Assembly (NCBI GenBank): GCA_036339875.1
Contig: JAYZAC010000095.1
Span: 1 to 64,000 of the forward strand
Direction: 5' to 3'
Length of the DNA: 64,000 nt
DNA from: a bacterium
GTDB taxonomy: Bacteria; Muiribacteriota; UBA6191
The position numbers and the translations under genes were made by a program. This document shows, piece after piece, positions 58,035 through 64,000 of the stretch. The notes beneath the pieces are model-generated. The model ran no database searches. It saw only the letters and a list, made by a program, of their open reading frames with translations, and was not told the origin of the DNA. The first letter of the stretch is position 1. Each line of letters starts with the position of its first letter.

Positions 58035-60515
58035 ATGAGCCAAACTATTTCAAAAATGAATAAATTAAATATAACCCTAAAGCTAATAATTCTTTTTTAC
58101 GCACTTCAAAGTGCTAGCTATGCCAGTTTCAGAAAAGGCGTAGAGTTCTTTGACATGGCTCGCTACAGAGATTCAATGAAAGCCTTTAAAGCTTCCATCA
58201 AAAGCAAAGAAGAAATTGGAAATTCCTATGCATATTTAGGTCGAATTTATTTGAGATCTCGTGAGTACCACAAGGCATATAAAGCCTTTATAAGAGCGGT
58301 TAAATCAAACTCTAATAGCAAAAGACTGTTAGATGATTTAGGTAAATGCTTGGATAAACTTCGGGGAATAATGGAGCTACCAGAGTTTATCAAATTATAT
58401 AAAGACACCTATAAAAGCGGTGTATACCCCGCACCTGTAATCTACTATCTGATAAACAATCTCCATAAGCGCGGAGAATATGAAAAAATATTAAATATTT
58501 ATGAAAATATAAGTCAAGAGCCAAGTTTTCGATTAGGCCAGCAAAGCATACCACAAAGTATGAGTTCAATATATTTCCACTTAGCTACCTCACATTTGAA
58601 TCATTCAGGTAATACCGAACTAGCTCTGCAATTTGCAACAAAAAGTCTTAGATTGGACCCCCTCAATGAAGTAGTTAAAAAATTCCATAACAATTTATTG
58701 GAGTCACAAAACAAGAAAATTTTTCAATTACTTAATAAAGCTAATAAACACTTTAATGACCGGAATTTCGATAGTGCTCAAGAACTCTACAATCAGATAC
58801 TCGAACTAAACCCCGGACACCTATCTGCTTCAACAAATTTAGAAAAATGTAAATTGGCTCGTAACAGTTATGCAAACTTGAAGGAAGCCCGTAAATTATT
58901 GGAGCAGAACCGCCACGAGGCTGCATTAAAAAAAATTAGATATGCCATTATGGCTTACTCTGAAAATTATGAGGCTGTAAACTTACAAAAGGAAACTGAA
59001 GCCAAAATCCTGAAAAAACTCAACATTAAAGCTCGCCAAGAAGAAGTAAGACAAGAAAGAGAAAAGCGATATTTTTCGTTCCTTAGCCAAGCTAGTAATT
59101 TATTAAACATTAACCTTTTTGAAGATGCTATCGAACTACTCAATGAAGCTAAGTCAATTAGGCCAGAATCGAAACGAGTTAGCTCTCTAATCATTGAAGC
59201 AAAAACTAAAAAGAAACAGTTCGAAGAATATAAAGCTGCACTTCAGAATTTTGAATCCAAAAAATGGAATGTTGCACTCGAAGGTTTTTCAAAAGCGAAA
59301 AAAACGCAATTAAATTTGAATGACCTTGAAAGTTTGATCATAGAATGTCACTACAGGCTATCAAATTATAATGAAGCTATTAAACTTTCGAAAGATTACC
59401 TAAATTTGCATACTGACAATCGAGAAATCTTATATTTCCTTGGTCGCTCATATGAGTCTTTAATAATCGAAAATAATGATAATCGAGAATCTGCGATGCG
59501 GGTTTATAAAAAGTTAATCACCGTTGAAAAGAACTACCTAGATACTGAAAGTAGGCTCAATCGATTGCAACGGGATAAATGGGTTCCTGTATTCTTCGTT
59601 TTACTAGTTAGCCTCATTTTTATAATGTTATTTGTTTGGCTTTACAAAACACGCAAAATTCGGGCCAAATACGCCTATATGTCAAAGATCGATAAACTTC
59701 TTAACACTAAAAGCTACGTAGAGCTAGTTGAGATTTTTGAAAACTTCTTCAGCATAGACTTTACGATGAAAGAAACTCTTAAATATATCCCAACTTTTAT
59801 GCTAGCAATGGTCGAAACCGGTCGTTTCGATCAATGTCTAAACTTGGGCCCAAAAGTTTTAAGCGTAATGCCTGAGCATCGACAAGCCAAAGTTCTTATG
59901 GGTAGAGCACACTATCAGAAAGGTAAAATAGACCCCTCAACAATCAAATTCTATCTCGCACTGCTTGATTCGGAATACATCAACAATGAAGTAATTTCTT
60001 GGGCTGGAAAAAAAATCATAGAACTGGATATTAATAAAAAAGAATGTATTCCAATCATGAAAGCATTTAATGCCCTACACCCCGAAAACCACGAATGTCG
60101 AAAATTACTGATAGAACATCTTGATAAAGAGAAGATAATCACTCCTCAATTACAAAAAGTTCTGGAGATGGAAATAAAGCACAACAAATCAGATACGCGC
60201 TGTCGCATTCGCTTAGCGGAATATTTCCTCAAAAAGAAAAAACTAGATGATTGCGTTAGATTGTGTGAAGAGGTAATTAATTTAGATATAAATGATAAAA
60301 AATTACACCCTATTCTATATGCTGCTTATGAAGCAATGAATGACCTTGATGCTTTGCGCCCGCTTTATGAATCTTTATTACAAATATATCCTAACTCAAT
60401 TACTCTTCAAGAAGCTCAAAATAAGATTTTACTTGCGACAGGAGAAACGGTAATGTCACAAACCAAGCTAAATTCTTATCAAAATAACGAAGAAGATAAC
60501 TCAGGAGTTAGCTAA
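58035..60515 (+). CDS. Single-pass membrane protein with TPRs on both sides
   Basis: Signal peptide (alternative start 58056), TPRs, TM WVPVFFVLLVSLIFIMLFVWLY followed by KTRKIR, then more TPR-like helices. Confidence 0.82.
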   Translation: MSQTISKMNKLNITLKLIILFYALQSASYASFRKGVEFFDMARYRDSMKAFKASIKSKEEIGNSYAYLGRIYLRSREYHKAYKAFIRAVKSNSNSKRLLDDLGKCLDKLRGIMELPEFIKLYKDTYKSGVYPAPVIYYLINNLHKRGEYEKILNIYENISQEPSFRLGQQSIPQSMSSIYFHLATSHLNHSGNTELALQFATKSLRLDPLNEVVKKFHNNLLESQNKKIFQLLNKANKHFNDRNFDSAQELYNQILELNPGHLSASTNLEKCKLARNSYANLKEARKLLEQNRHEAALKKIRYAIMAYSENYEAVNLQKETEAKILKKLNIKARQEEVRQEREKRYFSFLSQASNLLNINLFEDAIELLNEAKSIRPESKRVSSLIIEAKTKKKQFEEYKAALQNFESKKWNVALEGFSKAKKTQLNLNDLESLIIECHYRLSNYNEAIKLSKDYLNLHTDNREILYFLGRSYESLIIENNDNRESAMRVYKKLITVEKNYLDTESRLNRLQRDKWVPVFFVLLVSLIFIMLFVWLYKTRKIRAKYAYMSKIDKLLNTKSYVELVEIFENFFSIDFTMKETLKYIPTFMLAMVETGRFDQCLNLGPKVLSVMPEHRQAKVLMGRAHYQKGKIDPSTIKFYLALLDSEYINNEVISWAGKKIIELDINKKECIPIMKAFNALHPENHECRKLLIEHLDKEKIITPQLQKVLEMEIKHNKSDTRCRIRLAEYFLKKKKLDDCVRLCEEVINLDINDKKLHPILYAAYEAMNDLDALRPLYESLLQIYPNSITLQEAQNKILLATGETVMSQTKLNSYQNNEEDNSGVS

Positions 60516-60524
60516 ACTCAGACT

Positions 60525-63284
60525 ATGTATATTTACGCTGTTATTCTTTTCTGTATTTTGCAACTTTCAGCAGTAACAGGTTTCGCGAGTAATTCTGAAA
60601 ATCCAAATTATCTCATCGGACAACAGTTTTTCCTGAAAGGTAATTTCGACAAAGCTAGAAAACATTTTGAAAGATCATTAGTTTACGACCCTAATCATGC
60701 TCCGTCTCATTATGCTATCGCCAAGATACATTTTTTATCTAAAAGCCCTGTTTTAGCTTTTGAATTTTTTCGTAATACCTTATCTCTACAGAAAAATTAT
60801 AAAGATGCAGCGGCACTCTTTAACGAAACACTTGAGTCTATTAGTAAAAATTATGACCGGCGTAGTAAAAACCCTAGAATACTAAGTGCGCAAATATATT
60901 TAGACTTCAAGGCGGGTCGTATTGATGTTGCCAAACGGCAAATTGACCGATTAATTAAATTACATCCAGAATTTGCCATGGGCTGGGACCATTTAGCTAA
61001 CTATTTTTACCGACAGAAAGACCTTAATCAAGCACTCCGCTATTTAAAGAAAGCACTTAGTCTTGAACCTACTAATCCAACAATATTTAAGCACTATGAA
61101 TCTACTTACTATCTTAAGAATCATGAAATAGTCCCTAAGAACAATGAAATAACCTCCGCTAATAAAAAGTCTTCTAATGAATCGATAGAAAATGCTCTAA
61201 TAGACAAATTCATTGCAAAAGAAATGTTAAAGAAGGAAAGCTTAAGAGCTAATAACATTGATCTCACAGAAACCCCTCTGCCTGAGCCTCAACAAATCAC
61301 TTCAGCAAATGATAATAAATTTTTCAACAAACTACTTTCTAAGCAAAGTAAGTTAATTCCCCCAAAAGAAAAGAAAAATAATACAACGAATAATCCATCT
61401 AAAAAAAGTCTTAAAAAGATATACGAACCAATACCTGTAGCTAAAATTGATAGAGATATAGAAAAAATAGATCTAATTGAAAGAGCCCAGAAAGCTTACG
61501 ATGAAAAAGATTGGGTTGTCGCAGCGACCTCTTATGGAATTTTGCAAGAAAACAATCCAAGAGAAAAATTATTCAATCAACGTTTCGAAGAATCTAAAAA
61601 ATTTGATCAATTTGAACGTAAATTCCGTAAAGCTCGCCTATTAATGAAAAGAGGGAGCAAGAATCCAAACCAGCTTAACCAAGCGAAAGAAGAGTTCAGA
61701 AAATTAGATACACGCACTTATCACAAACTTTACGAAAAAAGTAGTTTTGATAACTATCTTGCGTCGATCGCATTTACTCAAAAGAATTTTGAAGAGGCTG
61801 AGTCATTGTTTAGTGCATGGCTACGACACCAACCTAACGATTTAAATAGTCACTACTATTTACTACTTTGTCTAGATATTCTACAAAAGCATGACGCTAG
61901 CTTCGAAATCTATGAGTCAGCAATTAGAATCGACCGTGAAAAGTTTTTAAGCCTTAAAGGCGTAAAAAGGATCAGACTAAAACTTTATCTCTTTCGTTAC
62001 TGGTGGATATTATTCGTGATTTTAGGTATCTGGGGCGTTATAACTGCTGGATATGCTAGTGTTAAATTTAAGAAAAGGCGTGAGAGGTCAGATCGAAAAA
62101 ACAAACTACAAAATATACGAAATTTGGGTGCCGATAAAAATTGGTTGGAAATGATTAGAGCTATAGATAAATTACTCTTGGACATCACGAGTGAATCTGA
62201 AAACTATAATCTTCAATATATGCGGGCTAACGCTCTATATCAGTCCTCTCAATTGATTGACGCAGAACGACAGATAGAATCACTAATCACTAAAAATCCA
62301 AATGATCAGCAACTACTTGTCCTCAAAGGAAAAATTTTATTAGATCAAAAGCGAACAGACTTAGAAGCATTAGAACCATATCGCTTACTGATCATCAAAG
62401 ACCCCTCAAATACGGATTTAATGAAAACATTGCTTCAAACACTTAAGCGACACAATATTTTCACAGATGAAACTGAATCGGTAGCGTTAAGGATACTTGA
62501 AATTGAAAGTTATAATAAGGAAACTTTGAAAGACCTCACTGAAATCTATGTGAAATCCGAAACCTACCACTTGAAAAGTTGCGAAATCATGCGTAGATAC
62601 TTGGAAATATTTACGGGAGAATCACTAGTACTATTACATTATGTAAAAGCATTAGTCCGTACGGAAAATTACATCGAAGCTATTCGTAACGGAAAAAAGC
62701 TTGTGGACATCAATCCCGATATTGAAGAGGCACACAGACAGCTTATTGAGGCCTTTGACCGATTAAATATGCGCGATGAAATGAATGCTTATTACAATAA
62801 TTTGAGTCTTGAATTTGGCTCATCGAAAGTAGTACAGCAAATGTACAATATGATACAGACCACATATAGAGCCTCGGGCTTAGATAGAGAACAAGATACA
62901 AATGAACAGAAATTAGAAATAACAGAAATTGCATTCAAAGAAGGTCTACATTTACTAGAAAAAAAAGCTTATAAAGAGGCAACTCTAAAATTTCAAACTG
63001 CAGCTGTTGAGCAAAGGTTTAATCTAAGAAGTCAAATTCTTTCAATAAAAGCGAGTTTAGCTTTGGATGATTTTGAATCAGCATGTTTTTATTTCGATAA
63101 ACTAAATTTACAAGATAATCGGTTAGATGCAGAAGCTTTAGAGACCTTATATGCTATGGCTACTCGCTATTGCTTAGAAAACAAAAAATCAGAAGCCTTA
63201 AAGTTATTTCAGTTAATAGCCAAAAATGATATTAGCTTCGGAGATGTGATCCATCAAATAGATCTTTTATCTTCTGAGAATTAG
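60525..63284 (+). CDS. Single-pass membrane protein with TPRs on both sides
   Basis: Signal peptide, TPRs, TM WWILFVILGIWGVITAGYASV followed by KFKKRRER, then cytoplasmic TPRs. Confidence 0.82.
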   Translation: MYIYAVILFCILQLSAVTGFASNSENPNYLIGQQFFLKGNFDKARKHFERSLVYDPNHAPSHYAIAKIHFLSKSPVLAFEFFRNTLSLQKNYKDAAALFNETLESISKNYDRRSKNPRILSAQIYLDFKAGRIDVAKRQIDRLIKLHPEFAMGWDHLANYFYRQKDLNQALRYLKKALSLEPTNPTIFKHYESTYYLKNHEIVPKNNEITSANKKSSNESIENALIDKFIAKEMLKKESLRANNIDLTETPLPEPQQITSANDNKFFNKLLSKQSKLIPPKEKKNNTTNNPSKKSLKKIYEPIPVAKIDRDIEKIDLIERAQKAYDEKDWVVAATSYGILQENNPREKLFNQRFEESKKFDQFERKFRKARLLMKRGSKNPNQLNQAKEEFRKLDTRTYHKLYEKSSFDNYLASIAFTQKNFEEAESLFSAWLRHQPNDLNSHYYLLLCLDILQKHDASFEIYESAIRIDREKFLSLKGVKRIRLKLYLFRYWWILFVILGIWGVITAGYASVKFKKRRERSDRKNKLQNIRNLGADKNWLEMIRAIDKLLLDITSESENYNLQYMRANALYQSSQLIDAERQIESLITKNPNDQQLLVLKGKILLDQKRTDLEALEPYRLLIIKDPSNTDLMKTLLQTLKRHNIFTDETESVALRILEIESYNKETLKDLTEIYVKSETYHLKSCEIMRRYLEIFTGESLVLLHYVKALVRTENYIEAIRNGKKLVDINPDIEEAHRQLIEAFDRLNMRDEMNAYYNNLSLEFGSSKVVQQMYNMIQTTYRASGLDREQDTNEQKLEITEIAFKEGLHLLEKKAYKEATLKFQTAAVEQRFNLRSQILSIKASLALDDFESACFYFDKLNLQDNRLDAEALETLYAMATRYCLENKKSEALKLFQLIAKNDISFGDVIHQIDLLSSEN

Positions 63285-63378
63285 TCATTAGAAAAATATT
63301 CATTCAAATTCTCCCAATTAAGTTACTTTTTGTAACTTTAGTATCACCAATATTTTCAAAGTAGACGAACTAATAAGC

Positions 63379-63819
63379 ATGAAAATAGGGACAATATTAT
63401 TAGGCTTAATCATTGCGATACCCTTGCATGCAGTCAAAGTTTCTCGTGCAAAAGTTGAAATTCGCGAAAATCGGAAAGTTGCCCAACTTTCATTATTTCT
63501 TCAAATTACTGATAACCATTTAAATTCAAACAGTAAGACCTATGAAATAGAGTTAATTAAAGAAATGAAAAAAGCTCTTTATAAAGTAATCAAGTCAAAG
63601 CGAAAGCTCAAATATCATGATCGATTCACTCATGTATTTGTTACTGCTCTCGAAAATGAGGGAGTCGAACGAATAGCGGCATTAATCTCTAAGACACCCC
63701 GCGAACGATTTCCTGTAGTTAGTCTATTTCCAAAAGAACCAGAGTTTCAAAGTGGGGATACCTTAGCACATCAAACACCTCTAACGGTTGCAGAACAAAT
63801 CGCATCACGTGATTCCTAA
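63379..63819 (+). CDS. Secreted hypothetical protein
   Basis: Signal peptide [18 protein letters not shown]; 146 aa. Confidence 0.7.
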   Translation: MKIGTILLGLIIAIPLHAVKVSRAKVEIRENRKVAQLSLFLQITDNHLNSNSKTYEIELIKEMKKALYKVIKSKRKLKYHDRFTHVFVTALENEGVERIAALISKTPRERFPVVSLFPKEPEFQSGDTLAHQTPLTVAEQIASRDS

Positions 63820-64000
63820 TCCTGCTCTAAAACCTCAAAAGATCTCATACTAGCCTTAATCTTTGACTGAAAAAAATCTTTAAGATCCCTGATGGCGATT
63901 CTTTTTTGATTCATACTATCTCTGAATCGCACTGTAACGCAATTATCCTCCAGAGAGTCGAAATCAAAAGTAACGCAAAACGGAGTACCTATCTCATCCT
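63816..64000 (-). CDS. glyQS: Glycine--tRNA ligase (homodimeric GlyQS type), C-terminal anticodon-binding fragment cut by the window edge
   Basis: Not in the ORF track. Manual translation gives [36 protein letters not shown]...EQD* with TAG at 63816-63818. Confidence 0.88.
   Translation of the reverse strand, partial: DEIGTPFCVTFDFDSLEDNCVTVRFRDSMNQKRIAIRDLKDFFQSKIKASMRSFEVLEQD

Noticed and set aside
1..64000. CRISPR arrays, tRNA/rRNA/SRP RNA, transposases, integrases, prophage genes, alternative genetic code
   Set aside because: Intergenic gaps are about 200 bp or less, with no spaced repeats or cloverleafs seen. No mobile-element motifs. Conserved genes translate full-length in the standard code. 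A short ncRNA could still be missed by eye.

Overview
AT-rich, gene-dense bacterial chromosomal segment, probably from an uncultured deep-branching lineage. I saw no rRNA, tRNA, CRISPR array or mobile element. Housekeeping genes are pgk, rapZ, tmk, tpiA, ychF, radA, fmt, rnr, the ffh-rpsP-khpA-ylqD-rimM-trmD-rplS cluster, mazG, trmL, prs, pheS and the 3' end of glyQS. They are interleaved with many large TPR/HEAT proteins and envelope proteins. Most notable observations: (1) three tandem paralogous surface proteins with CFI-box-CTERM-type tails, where one keeps an intact zinc-metalloprotease site (HEFQH...NEG) and two have lost it, downstream of a PilX-like pseudopilin; (2) an in-frame fusion of the 50S-maturation GTPase RbgA with the rRNA-maturation RNase YbeY; (3) a Clp ATPase with only the second AAA+ module, an unrecognised N-domain and an IGF loop, overlapping mazG; (4) a soluble HEAT-like class III adenylate cyclase; (5) a PilM-like/HEAT/PHP cluster ending in two paralogous TPR-TM-TPR proteins; (6) several proteins with degenerate motifs (Nudix box, ROK zinc site). 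All family calls come from reading motifs by eye; no database searches were run.
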